From contig OX597834.1 in NCBI GenBank assembly GCA_951406725.2, forward strand, positions 25,668,001 to 25,732,000: DNA of 64,000 nucleotides. The letters run 5' to 3'. Position 1 is the first letter of the stretch; each line of letters opens with the position of its first letter. The stretch is from Octopus vulgaris (taxonomy: Eukaryota). Below, in pieces: positions 1 through 12,920 of the stretch. A program made the position numbers and the translations under genes. Below the pieces are notes generated by a model, which worked only from the letters and a program-made list of their open reading frames with translations, was not told the origin of the DNA and did not search any database.

Positions 1-1
1 C

Positions 2-250
2 AGGCTTGACCATAAACCTGTCGGAGAGCGACCGAAACCATGACAGTTTGTTATTCTCAGTAGCTGAGCCTGGGTTTGTAGCTAACCACATCAAGTTGCC
101 GCTGGAGAAGGTATCAGAGCATGTGACATCCCAGTTGAGGGGCCTGCCGTCATGGAACGGGAAAATTGTCATACTGTCCGGCCTTTTATCGTCCCCTCGG
201 TCTAGCCCCGCTGGCTCGAGCTGGGAAGGGAAGACAGCAGCGTCGAAAGA
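2..250 (-). mobile_element. CRE-like non-LTR retrotransposon fragment (C-terminal restriction-like endonuclease domain), runs off window start
   Basis: Minus-strand translation LEPAGLDRGDDKRPDSMTIFPFHDGRPLNWDVTCSDT matches the EPxGLxRxDGKRPD...WDVT motif of CRE-clade RLE domains. Confidence 0.8.
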
Positions 251-1574
251 TACGAAATTGTTTTAACGGTGGAAATCGAATTAGGTAAAGCTATAAACAA
301 TAGTATGTAGAGTATTTGATTAAGAGAAAAAAAAAAACTTTGAATAAAAAGGGTGGTACCCCAGCATGGCCGTAGCTCTAGAGCTGAAACTAAAGTAAAA
401 AGAAAAAAAAAGCCCCGTGGGACACGAACCCATATCTTCTGTCCTATTGGCAGTCATCGACTGGCAAAAGAAAAAAAAAGCGTGGTGCTCTATGTCTTTT
501 ATATATCTGTTGTAGTTGGGTTTATCTGGAGATAAACAACAGAATATGTCCCCATCTGTTAGATTTATAGAAATCAAAATGCAAGTACCCCCCTCTCTCT
601 CTCTCTCACTCACTCACTCACACACACACACATACACTGTCCATATGTCAAACCTGTAAATGTCTTTACGAGAATTTCCTACGAATTAAATGAGTTTCCA
701 CTTCCCCGGATTTTCCGCACTGCATTCTTTGTATCCGCCCCACCCAACCCACCCCGTGGAGCAGGAAAATGTTAAAACACAATGAAAGTCCCGAATACGA
801 GAAGCAAACACACACACACATAATTTTTTAAAGAATGTGTCTTATAATTCGAAATAGTTATCGCCTTTGAGTTTAAAATCTGGAAAAAGAAAAAAAAAAA
901 GAAAAAGAAAACACTTAGTATTTTATATGAATAAATCTTTCCATTATTCTGATGTTTGGTAATCTGAGCCCGAAACCTACGAAACTTTAAGTTGCATAGA
1001 ACCGAACCAAAACTGTTTTAAACAATAATACATGTAATTGTGTTGAATACCTTTTTTCTGTTGTTTGCCCAATCACGCTCTCGCGCGCACACACACGAAG
1101 TAATAAATATGTATACAGACACTGTTTTTATCGTAAAACTTGGATATATCTTTTAGCTTTTACAACAATTTATTGTGTTCATGTATTTCCAAAGAAAAGA
1201 ATAGACGGGTTTATATATATATATATATATATATTATGTGTGTAGTGTATGTGCGTGTAATTGTTCACATAGATATAACAGAATGATTAAAAGAGTTTCT
1301 TTTTAAGAAAAGGTGTCCGTGTTTATTTATTTAATAATTCCTCCTTGTATCTTAAGCTGGTTGTTATATGTATTCCCAATAAACAGATGTATTCTTTGTA
1401 AGCCATTTAGACAAAGTAGGTTTGTTACATGGCACCGATACGCCTTTATGGGCGCAGTAGGTGTGTGTGTGTGTGTGTCTTGGATATAAAAAAAAACGTG
1501 TAACTAGCTCTTCCTAATAGTTTGAGATAACATTTGAACTTCTGTAGACAGATAGTTGTGTGTGTGTATGTGTG

Positions 1575-1613
<39 letters not shown>

Positions 1614-2289
1614 AAATATGTAATATGTATAGGCATAACTACAGTTTGGTGCCCCCTGACTTTGTTTCCTCACAACTTTGATAAAATGCGCATTTTTAAA
1701 CGAAATTTTGTCGAGATATGATGTTTTCAAGCGTCTTTGACTTTGAGTGCTGAAAACTCTTGTTACAATGCAGCCAGGACTTCACAAACATGTTGAAAAT
1801 GTGCATTCCCCTGCTGCATTCAGCACATCTATCTTAATGTGTTGTCATATAGAAAATGGAAGGGCTTATATTTTTAAAAAATATATAATCTAAAGCCCTT
1901 TGGAAAACTATGCTTAAGTGTCTTATGAAATATGTTATCCATAATTTTGTATACATGTATAGGTACAATTAAAACAACAAAGCTACAGTTTTCTTTCATT
2001 TTAAATATTTAACTTTAAAGCATAGTTTTGTCTTTAAATTTTCTGTATTTTTTTAATCTTTTACTTGTTTCAGTCATTAGATTGTGGCCATGCTGGGGCA
2101 CTACCTTGAAAGGTTTAGCTGAACAAATTGCACCCCACCCTCGTACTTATTTTTAAGCTTGGTGCTTATTCTGTAGGTCTCTGTTTGCTGAACTGCTAAC
2201 TTACAATGAAACAAACAGACCAATACTGATTGTCAAGTGATAGTGGGACACACACACACACACACACACACACATTTATATATATATAT

Positions 2290-2702
2290 TTCTTTTGTTA
2301 CCCACAAGGGGCTAAACACAGAGGGGACAAACAAGGACAAACGGATTAAGTCGATTACATTGACCCTAGTGCGTAACTGGTACTTATTTAATTGACTCCG
2401 AAAGGATAAAAGGCAAAGTCGACCTCGGCAGAATTTGAACTCAGAACGTAACGGCAGACGAAATACCTATTTATTTCTTTACTACCCACAAGGGGCTAAA
2501 CACAGAGAGGACAAACAAGGACAGACAAACGGATTAAGTCGATTACATTGACCCCAGTGTGTAACTGGTACTTATTTAATCGACCCCGAAAGGATAAAAG
2601 GCAAAGTCGACCTCGGCAGAATTTGAACTCAGAACGTAACGGCAGACGAAATACCGCTAAGTATTTCGCCCGACGTGCTAACGTTTCTGCCAGCTCGCCG
2701 CC
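2290..2702 (-). mobile_element. SINE family C, full copy plus tandem 3' partial copy
   Basis: Head GGCGGCGAGCTGGCAGAAACGTTAG, B-box-like GAGTTCAAATTC, core GACTTTGCCTTT(C/T)ATCCTTTCGGGGTCGA; 3' ~180 bp repeated; splits an older family A copy (~2055-2270 and ~2710-2865). Confidence 0.85.
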
Positions 2703-3022
2703 CTATATCAGGCCTCTTTCAGTTTCTGTCTACCAGGTTGACTCACATGGCTTTGATCAGCTTGAGGCTATGGTAGAAGAGACTTAATCCAAGGTGCTAC
2801 ACAGTGAGACTGAACCTAAAACCATATGGTTAGGAAGCAAGCTTCTTAGCACTCAACCATGCTTATACCAGTAATTTTTAACTTTTCATATAAAGTTTAC
2901 AAGTAATTTTTGGGTTGATCTCCAGTGATCCATGATTTCAAAAAGATGGTAACCATTGCCTTCAAATATCAGTTTGTTTTAGTCTTGTCTATGCTTCTAT
3001 TTTAATCTTAAGGAAGAGTCTC

Positions 3023-3620
3023 GATGCATGGCTGAGTGGTTAGGGTGTTGCACTCATTATTACGAGATCATGGTTTCAATTCCTATACCGGGTGGTACAT
3101 TATATTGTTGAGCAAATTACTTCATTGCTCTGCAATCACTTCAACACTTGATGTGTGGTACACTTGTGCACCTGTTCAGGCAACATTGATTTGATGGAGG
3201 GAATGAGCTAAGGTGCAGCATGCACATTTGATCACTATAAGCAAATCATTTGTGCAGGTTGTTTAGCAAAAAGCTGAACACTCATACAACGTCTTTGATA
3301 GGAGAGTCCATCATATGTGTGTGTGAGGGTGCTTGGTTTAGTGATTACAGTGTTACACTCACAACCTAGAGATCTGATTTCAATTCCTAGACAGGGTTGT
3401 GCATTGTGTTCTTGAGCAAACACTTCATCTTACATTGCTCTGCAATCACTTCAACACTTGATGTGTGGTACACTTGTGTACCTTTTCAGACAATGTCGAT
3501 TTGATGGAAGGAGTGAGCTAAGGTGCAGCATGTACATTTGATCACTATAAACAAAATCATTTGTGCAGGTCATTTGGTAAAAGCTGAACACCCCTATGTC
3601 GTCCTTGATGGGAGGGTCAT
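3023..3620 (+). mobile_element. Two tandem copies of older tRNA-derived SINE family H
   Basis: TGGCTGAGTGGTTAG A-box and GTTTCAATTCC B-box; ~300-bp unit repeated at ~3023 and ~3325; another copy at 26634. Confidence 0.75.
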
Positions 3621-3762
3621 CATCAGCATCATCATTTAGCATCCGCTCTCCATGCTAGCATGGGTTGGACGGTTCAACTGGGGTCTGTGAAGCCAGAAGG
3701 CTGCATTAGGCCCAGTCTGATCTGGCAGTGTTTCTACGGCTGGATGCCCTTCCTAACGCCAA
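3620..3762 (-). mobile_element. RTE-tail-type repeat (family E), 3' fragment
   Basis: (CAT)n then CCATGCTAGCATGGGTTGGACG...GCTGGATGCCCTTCCTAACGCC, shared with copies at 11130 and 58727. Confidence 0.7.
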
Positions 3763-3899
3763 AATTATATCCATTATATCAAAACATTATCTAAATGACA
3801 AATACACAAACTAGTTTATTAACTCTTCCTCGAATTCTTCATTCTTTAAAAATTTGATTGAAACTATATATCATTAGAAATATAGACTTAAAAATATTA

Positions 3900-4505
3900 A
3901 GCTGGCATAGCTGTGATTAAGAAGGTTGCTTCCCAACCGCATAGCTTTGAGTTCAATCCCACCTTGGGTAAGTGTCTTCTACTATGGCTCCAGGTGGACA
4001 AATGCCTTGTGAGTGAATTTGGTAGAGAGAAACTGTGTGGAAACCTGTTGCATATGTGTAAATATATTTGTGTGTGTGTGTGTGGATTTATTTATGTCTC
4101 TATAACTTACCAGTTTGGCAAATGAGACTGACACAATAAATACCAGACTTAAAAACAAAGTCATAAGTAATGGGGGCCATTTGCTTGATGAAAATCCTTC
4201 AGGGCAGTGCCCCAACCTTGGGCCAACCAAAGCCTTGTGAGTGGATTTGGTAGATGGAAACTGAAAGAAGCCCATTGTATATATATGTATGTATGTATGT
4301 GTGTGTGTCTGTCTGTCCCTCACCACTGCTTGACAACCAGTGTCTGTGTATAACTTAGTAGTTCAACAAAAAGAGACTGATAGAACAAGTATCAGGCTAA
4401 CAAAAAACAAGTACTGGGATCTATTCATTTGACTGAAAGTTCTTCAAGGCGATGCCCCAGCATGGCCACAGTCTAATGACTGGAATGGATAAAGGATAAA
4501 AAGGT
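3900..4505 (+). mobile_element. Diverged family A SINE pieces (two partial copies in tandem)
   Basis: CCTTGTGAGTG(A/G)ATTTGGTAGA motif twice; GCCCCAGCATGGCCACAGTC tail. Confidence 0.7.
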
Positions 4506-4583
4506 GTGATTTACATAATAGGTCTACTTGGTCAGTGCTGACCAGGGGCTAAATAGCAACATCTGTTGCATGAGCATCTACAT

Positions 4584-4703
4584 TAGTGTTTCTCAACTGG
4601 TGTCCACATGGCCCTGGGGTGGGGAGCCCATGTAGGATTTTGTTGCTAAAATTTATGTGCAATAAATTGGTTATACATCTATGTTCCACAAAATATTTTA
4701 ACA

Positions 4704-4775
<72 letters not shown>

Positions 4776-5259
4776 TGTAGGCATGGCTGTGTTGTAAGAA
4801 GCTTGCTTCCCAACTACATGGTTCTGAGTTCAATCTCACTGCATGGCACCTTGGGCAAGTGTCTTCTACTCTAGCCTCAGGCCAACCAAAGATTTGTGGG
4901 TGGATTTGTTAGATGGAAACTGAAAGATACCTATCATGTGTGTGTGTGTGTTTGTGTCAGTGTTTGTCCCCCACTATCACTTGACAATCAGTGTTGGTGT
5001 GTTGACATCCCATAACTTAAAGGTTTGGCAAAAAAGACCAATAGAATAAGGCTTAACAAAATAAGTCCTGGTATTGATTTGTTTGACTAAAGGCGATGCC
5101 CCAGCATGGCCTCAATTAAATGACTGAAACAATTCCTAATGATATCTAATTATGAAGATATGAAATGATTCTTTTTAAACGAGTGGCTAGGTGGGGTCCA
5201 TCCAAGTAAAATAGGGATCAAAAGGGGTCCATAGGTAAAAAAATGTTATAGAAACACTG
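4584..5259. mobile_element. hAT (Charlie-like) MITE containing a nested family A SINE
   Basis: TIRs TAGTGTTTCT...AGAAACACTG; 8-bp TSD ATCTACAT at 4576-4583 and 5260-5267; same family as 42287-43215; SINE A at ~4772-5130. Confidence 0.75.
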
Positions 5260-5568
5260 ATCTACATGAACACTTGACCTGCTAGAAATAGTAACCCTAT
5301 CTTTGTCCTGTTACACTTTACTGTCATAAAAAAGGAAGGAGTCATTGTTGGATAATATTGCCTTAGATGAGATGGTCATGTCTGTAAAGGCCTTTGATCA
5401 TATGTTTATTTGATCAAAACTGACTGAGAGATAAGAAAGAAAAACAACATGTACATTCTGAAAACTCTCAAACTGTACTCATATATGCGTGTATATATAT
5501 ACATGTAGAGGTAGGTACGTACATATATGTATATATATATGCATATGTTTTTTTTTATTAATATATTA

Positions 5569-5599
<31 letters not shown>

Positions 5600-5603
<4 letters not shown>

Positions 5604-5991
5604 TGTAGGCATGGCTGTGTTGTAAGAAGCTTGCTTCCCAACTACATGGTTCTGAGTTCAATCTCACTGCATGGCACCTTGGGCAAGTGTCTTCTACTCT
5701 AGCCTGGGTGGGGGTCCATCCAAGTAAAATAGGAATCAGAAGGGGTCCATAGGTAAAAAAAATGTTATAGAAACACTGATCTACATGAACACTTGACCTG
5801 CTAGAAATAGTGACCATATGTTTTTCCTGTTACACTTTACTGCCATAAAAAAGGAAGGAGACATTGTTGCATAATATTGTCTTAGATGAGATGGTCATGT
5901 CTGTAAAGGCCTTTGATCATATGTTTATTTGATCAAAACTGACTGAGAGATAAGAAAGAAAAACAACATGTACATTCTGAAAACTCTCAAA
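5600..5991 (+). repeat. Local tandem duplicate of 4772-5472 with ~310-bp internal deletion
   Basis: 5600-5705 matches 4772-4877 and 5707-5991 matches 5190-5472, near-identical. Confidence 0.9.
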
Positions 5992-6567
5992 AAATACTCT
6001 TTAATCACTGTCAGTACCCCCATAGCAATATAAGGGTACTGTATGCTGCCCTCCACCCCCCTAGGAACCAGAATATCTGACTGTAAACTTCCATTTTCGC
6101 TAGAATGAAGTTCTTCCAACTCCTCATAACGAGGAGCATCTTTCTGACATTTGACTTCTGCTGCCATCTGGTGATAAACCAAAGAAGTAGGCTGCTTGGA
6201 TGCAAATCAGGAGAGTGGAGTTGGGGGGTGGGGGTGGAGGCTTCCCTTTCTGTTATCTATCAAGGCTTCCGGTGTGTTTAAGGGGGAGATAGGTCACCGT
6301 GTGAATTTGTAAACCCCTCCCCCCCCCCCGCGCTCCCTTTAACATAGTCACACGACAAATATAGATATTTGTCGAATGCACCATGTGACCGTCAAAACCC
6401 CGACCTTTTATGTGGTTATGGGTCAGTTCTTACTAGATAGCACCACGGTGAATATTGAAGAGAAAACCTCCCCTATATTATCTGTGCAAAAGTAACGGTC
6501 CAGAATGTGGGAGCCAAAGAAATATTGATTCTTGTTTATCCATTAAAAAACAAAACAAAAAAAAAAA

Positions 6568-6986
6568 CAGGAGTGGCTGTGTGGTAAGTAGCTTGCTTAC
6601 CAGCCACATGGTTCCGGGTTCAGTCCCACTGCGTGGCATCTTGGGCAAGTGTCTTCTGCTATAGCCTCGGGCCGACCAATGCCTTGTGAGTGGATTTGGT
6701 AGACGGAAACTGAAAGAAGCCCGTCGGATATATGTATATATGTATATATATATGTATGTGTGTGTATATTTGTGTGTCTGTGTTTGTCCCCCTAGCATTG
6801 CTTGACAACCGATGCTGGTGTGTTTACGTCCCCGTCACTTAGCGGTTCGGCAAAAGAGACCGATAGAATAAGTACTGGGCTTACAAAGAATAAGTCCCGG
6901 GTCGAATTGCTCGACTAAAGGCGGTGCTCCAGCATGGCCACAGTCAAATGACTGAAACAAGTAAAAGAATAAAAGAGTAAAGAGTA
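6568..6986 (+). mobile_element. Young full-length tRNA-derived SINE family A (~420 bp)
   Basis: A-box TGGCTGTGTGG, B-box GGTTCAGTCCC, CTTGGGCAAGTG motif, central (TA/TG)n, (AAAAGAGT)n tail; many copies in window. Confidence 0.9.
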
Positions 6987-7305
6987 TCACCAAATTCCTT
7001 GAGCAAAGTGAGATTCCCTGACACTGATGTCCTTCACCCTCTCCTTAATAAGGACAGTAACAACATAGGTTTTTGTTGTTGTTAGCTTCTGCTTGCACTG
7101 AATCCAGTAGACTCCTGATCTAAGGGCAGTCTAATTGTGACCATTCTGCCTCTTTCAATGGTATTTAAGACTGTTTTAGACTACATTATCTAACATGCCT
7201 CCTTTCTATTTTTTAAGGAAGTAGGATGTGAACTGAGGAAGATTTGCCTATCATTTCTAAAAAGTCAAGCGACCACATATATGTTCTGTTAGGCATATGT
7301 TCTGA

Positions 7306-7817
7306 AGGCGGTGAGCTGGCAGAATCGTTAGCACGCCGGGCAAAATGCCTAGCAGTATTTCGTCTGTCGTTACGTTCTGAGTTCAAATTCCGCCGAGGTT
7401 GACTTTGCCTTTCATCATTTCGGGGTCGATAAATAAAGTACCAGTTTCGAACTGGGGTCGATGTAATCTACTTAATCCCTTTGTCTGTCCTTGTTTGTCC
7501 CCTCTGTACATATATGTCCCCTCGTGTATATATGTATATATATGTGTGTGTCCCCTCTGTACATATTTGTCCCCTCGTGTATATATGTATATATATGTGT
7601 GTGTGTTTGTGTTTGTCCCCCTAGCATTGCTTGACAACTGATGCTAGTGTGTTTATGTCCCTGTCACTTAGCGGTTCGGCAAAAGAGACCGATAGAATAA
7701 GTACTAGGCTTACAAAGAATAAGTCCCGGAGTCAATTTGCTCGACTAAAGGCGGTGCTCCAGCATGGCCGCAGTCAAAATGACTGAAACAAGTAAAAGAG
7801 TAAAGAGTAAAAGAGTA
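7306..7817 (+). mobile_element. Chimeric SINE: family C body fused to 3' half of family A
   Basis: C sequence 7306-7503, short GTCCCCTC repeats, then family A 3' half from ~7600. Confidence 0.8.
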
Positions 7818-9022
7818 ATAATAATAATGAAATTATTGTACACAGTGCTCAGGTGCACCACAACTTGTCAAAAGTGCGCATAAAGCATATGCATTAATGT
7901 ACAAATGTCTGGGAAGTGAACAGTGTATGAGTCAGATAAATGCCTGCATGTGTATGGAGGGGAGAAAATCAGGTGTAGTGTTGACGAATCTCAGGAAGCA
8001 TGGAAGTTTTGAAGGATGCAGTGCTCTGACAACTAACAACTGATGCCAGCAGTTTGTTCCATGCTTCAGCAACTCTTAGCGTGAAAAAATGTTTCTGAAA
8101 GTCAATCAGGTGTAGTGTTGGCGAATCTCAGGAAGCATGGAAGTTTTGAAGGATGCAGTGCTCTGACAACTAACAACTGATGCCAGCAGTTTGTTCCATG
8201 CTTCAGCAACTCTTAGCGTGAAAAAATGTTTCTGAAAGTCAATCAGGTGTAGTGTTGGCGAATCTCAGGAAGCATGGAAGTTTTGAAGGATGCAGTGCTC
8301 CGACAACTAACAACTGATGCCAGCAGTTTGTTCCATGCTTCAGCAACTCTTAGCGTGAAAAAATGTTTCTGAAAGTCAATCAGGTGTAGTGTTGGCGAAT
8401 CTCAGGAAGCATGGAAGTTTTGAAGGATGCAGTGCTCCGACAACTAACAACTGATGCCAGCAGTTTGTTCCATGCTTCAGCAACTCTTAGCGTGAAAAAA
8501 TGTTTCTGAAAGTCAATCAGGTGTAGTGTTGGCGAATCTCAGGAAGCATGGAAGTTTTGAAGGATGCAGTGCTCCGACAACTAACAACTGATGCCAGCAG
8601 TTTGTTCCATGCTTCAGCAACTCTTAGCGTGAAAAAATGTTTCTGAAAAGTCAATCAGGTGTAGTGTTGGCGAATCTCAGGAAGCATGGAAGTTTTGAAG
8701 GATGCAGTGCTCCGACAACTAACAACTGATGCCAGCAGTTTGTTCCATGCTTCAGCAACTCTTAGCGTGAAAAAATGTTTCTGAAAGTCAATCAGGTGTA
8801 GTGTTGGCGAATCTCAGGAAGCATGGAAGTTTTGAAGGATGCAGTGCTCCGACAACTAACAACTGATGCCAGCAGTTTGTTCCATGCTTCAGCAACTCTT
8901 AGCATGAAAAAATGTTTCCGAAAGTCATGGGAGCTGTGCTGTTTTCTGACTTTGTAAATATATCCACGGGTGTTAGACGGGTGGAGTTTGAAAAGGTGCT
9001 CAGAATTATTGTTTGTAAGATG
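7816..9022 (-). mobile_element. CR1-like LINE 3' end containing an internal tandem array
   Basis: Translation ...KVRKQHSSHDFRKHFFMLRVAEAWNKLLASVV...HYT*; 3' UTR with TGCACCTGAGCACTGT and (TTA)n tail. Confidence 0.88.
7967..8926. repeat. Tandem array, 7 x 137 bp
   Basis: Units start at 7967, 8104, 8241, 8378, 8515, 8653 and 8790; near-identical (one unit 138 bp). Confidence 0.97.
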
Positions 9023-9290
9023 GGATTGTTATTAGTTTCTGTCTTCCAAATCCTCTACAAGGCTTTGGTCAGCTTAGAGCTATAGAAGATACTTGCCCAA
9101 GATACCATACAGTGGGACTGAACCCAAAACCACGTGGTTTGGAAGCAAACTTCTTAACCACATAGACATGCTTGCAATCTACATAGTAAAATGTATATGA
9201 TTTAAAGGAGATTTGGCTATTATGTCTAGCAAGTTAAATAATTGCATAAATGCTTGTACATTGGTTTGTAGGGTGATACTTATTACATGT

Positions 9291-9671
9291 GGAGACGCAA
9301 TGGCCCAGTGGTTAGGGCAGCAGACTCGTGGTCGTAGGATCGCGGTTTCGATTCCCAGACCGGGCGTTGTGAGTGTTTATTGAGCGAAAACACCTAAAGC
9401 TCCATGAGGCTCCGGCAGGGGATGGTGGTGATCCCTGCTGTACTCTTTCACCACAACTTTCTCTCACTCTTGCTTCCTGTTTCTGTTGTACCTGTATTTC
9501 AAAGGGCCGGCCTTGTCACTCTCTGTGTCACGCTGAATATCCCCGAGAACTACGTTAAGGGTACACGTGTCTGTGGAGTGCTCAGCCACTTGCACGTTAA
9601 TTTCACGAGCAGGCTGTTCCGTTGATCGGATCAACCGGAACCCTCGTCGTCGTAACCGATGGAGTGCTTCC
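9291..9671 (+). mobile_element. tRNA-derived SINE family B (tail type 1), full length
   Basis: TGGCCCAGTGGTTAGGGC A-box, GTTTCGATTCC B-box; 13-bp TSD ACTTATTACATGT at 9278-9290 and 9672-9684. Confidence 0.92.
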
Positions 9672-10004
9672 ACTTATTACATGTAGAGCCATTAATATTT
9701 GTAATGATGTAGAGCCATGATCTGGCAGACTTATTTGCATACCTGGTAAAATGCTTGGTGGCATTTTGTACATCCCTACACTCTAAGTTCAAATTCATAC
9801 CGTCTATCTTTTATCCATTCCAGTCCTTAGACTGTGGCCATGCTGGGGCATCACCTTGAAGTACTTTCAGTCAAATGAATAGATCCCAGTACTTGTTTTT
9901 TTTTTTATCCTGATACTTGTTCTATCAGTCTCTTTTTGCTGAACTACTAAGTTATACACCAACTTTACTTTCCATCCTTTTGAGATTAATAGAATAAGTA
10001 TCTG

Positions 10005-10186
10005 TGGAATAAGCTGCCGGACGAGATAGTGAAGATGCCGACGACCGCTCGGTTCAAAGTCTCTCTTGACCAGAAATGGCCTGAACTCTTTGCATGAACA
10101 CCCTCCCTGTACATAACTCCACGTCCCCCTACATGGCCTTGCTTTTTGCTTTTTGAGCCAAAAAATTAACTTAACTTAACTTAACT
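10005..10186 (+). mobile_element. 5'-truncated CR1-like LINE 3' end (second family)
   Basis: WNKLPDEIVKMPTTARFKVSLDQKWPELFA* then (TTAAC)n tail; interrupts an old C-like SINE. Confidence 0.8.
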
Positions 10187-11129
10187 ACCAGTTGAACACT
10201 AAAGTTGATATAATTGACTTATCCTCTGCCCCCAAATTGCTGGCCTTGTGCCAACATTTGAAACTAATATTAGTAAGAATGTAGGTTTGCAAGCTGGCAG
10301 AAGCGTTAGCATCCCAGGCAAAATGCTTAGCAACATTTCCTTGTCTGTTTTTTGTTTTGAGTTCAAATTCTATTGAGGTCAACCTTGCCTTGTGTCCTTT
10401 CAGGGTCGATAAAATAAATACCAGTTGAACACAGGGGGTGAGGTTATTGACTTGCTCCCTCCTCTCTGAACATACTGGCCTTGTGCCAATGTTTGAAACC
10501 AGTTTTAGTAACAATGTCTTGCTCTTAGAATTTGTCTCAACAAAAGGAATAAAAACATTAGAACAAAATAAATAGATAAATAGAAAAAAATGTGTTTGTC
10601 AAAACCACACCACTTAATGAAGATTGTTTGGTTACAGTTGTGGTTTCTAATTGCTTAACCATAATGGTGTCCTTTGCCACTTTGAGCATTAACGGCTAAA
10701 TTACTCAATCAAAATAAAAATAAAAATAAAGTTTTTTCATTAAAATTTGTTCCAAGGTGAACCTGTTTCTTATTTTACATTTATTTTCTTTTCTCACAAA
10801 CACACACACACTTCCATATATATAATCATCATCATCAATGTTTTACATCCACTTTCCATGCTAGCATGGGTTGGATGGGTCACCATGATCTGCAGCAGTT
10901 CTTATTCAGAGTCGTTACCCTTCAAGACTGGCTGGAGAATCATATCTTGCTTGCCTGTATTATTTTTGGTTTATAGTCTTTGTCTGGAAACATTGCTACC
11001 GCCAACCACTTTGTAGACTTTACTAGATGCTTTCTACCATATCACCATCCCTAAGGTTTTTCTTCCCAAGCTGGCCACTTAATATCATCATTATTTTAAA
11101 TAACGGTCTTATCCTTATATATATATGGT

Positions 11130-11378
11130 GCACATAAAAAATACCATTTGAGTGTGGCCTTTGCCAGTACCACCTGACTGGCTCTCGTGCCAGTGGCACG
11201 TAAAAGCACCCACTGCACTCTTGGAGTGGTTGGTGTTAGGAAGGGCATCCAGCAGTAGAAACTCTACCAGATCAAGATTGGAGCCTGGTGCAGCCATCTG
11301 GTTCGCCAGTCCTCAGTCAAATCGTCCAACCCATGCCAGCATGGAAAGCTGATGTTAAACGATGATGATGATGATGAT
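11130..11378 (+). mobile_element. RTE-tail-type repeat (family E)
   Basis: TTAGGAAGGGCATCCAGC...CCAACCCATGCCAGCATGGAAA...(GAT)n tail; closely similar inverted copy at 58727-59015. Confidence 0.8.
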
Positions 11379-11383
11379 ATATA

Positions 11384-11845
11384 CCAGCAGCTAAACCCGG
11401 TTTCACCCGGTCAGTTTGGATGATGTAGCTGTAAAACCTGCTCTGTGTAAGCATTCGACTTGTCTGGGAACGCTTACATTAAAAAACAATTTTAGAATGA
11501 CATTTTTCTGTCAAAACGCTAAAAATAACTGACCAACAAAAAAACCCAACCAAGATTCAACAAAATCAAAAAATAAACCCAAATACTAAGTGAACACAGA
11601 TTACCATCCCACTTCCATTGTGCGTGCACATGCACACACACACAAAAAAACATGCACACACACATACCCCCCCTTTTACATACACACACATATATTCACA
11701 CAGAGTTGAAACGTTGTTTGATTTATTTTTTCAGAGTACAATTTTCATCATCCCACTACCAAGTATGACATCACCCCTTCCTTCATTATTCATCTATCAC
11801 GCCTTCCTTTCTCATTCATAAACACAAGAGTATTATTATTGTAGA
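11384..11845 (-). mobile_element. Non-autonomous Helitron-like element
   Basis: Minus strand starts A|TCTACAATAATA and ends with hairpin CCGGGTGAAACCGGG then CTGG|T; no TSD. Confidence 0.6.
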
Positions 11846-11992
11846 TTATCTCAGTAACCAAAGAAGCTATGAAAAAAATACAAAGCCCAGCATCACCACC
11901 AGATCATTCTATACATCTGTGTAATTTTTTGCGCAATTCCACCCAGCCATTTGACTGTTAATCCCAAGACAAGAAAGAATTGCCCATGTCAA

Positions 11993-12438
<446 letters not shown>

Positions 12439-12920
12439 TCCTCCAGTACTGTGTTGACCTCGTTTACAGAATTCCTATTTTTTCTGTCCAACTGGTTATC
12501 TGTATGATAAGCCTGGCATTTAATGTTGTGATTCTATATAAGTATTGTCCATTGGTGTAGGAAATCCAGGTACACAGATAGACTGAAATGATATGTATTT
12601 TCACAGAGAAAAAAACAAGAAAAAGATGAAGATATCAGTCCAACACCAGTGGATTACAACTGTTTCAATCGTATCCCATTTCACATCATATTACACATAA
12701 ATGAGTATGCATGATCACGCAAGCCTTGTGTAAGTTAAAGATCTATGATAACTTAGTTTAATAAGTGTCTGATGGCACTCTTCTCTATTTCAAACATCTA
12801 TAACTTCTATAACGAGTCTTGTGTGTAATTTATCAGGCATAATCATTTATGTGTAACGTGGTGTGAAATGGAAATGCTATTGAAATAACTGTAATTGATA
12901 TTAAACCAATATTAGGCGTA

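Noticed and set aside
1429-1460. First coding exon MAPIRLYGRS
   Set aside because: Weak donor running into (GT)n; no recognisable protein or convincing downstream exon.
6455-6798. Recurrent short ORFs (PGSVPLRGILGKCLLL, MSSNARG, MFIERKH) as a gene family
   Set aside because: They are translations of SINE families A and B.
7967-8926. CRISPR-like array
   Set aside because: Units are identical head-to-tail with no unique spacers, are LINE-derived, and there are no cas genes in this eukaryotic context.
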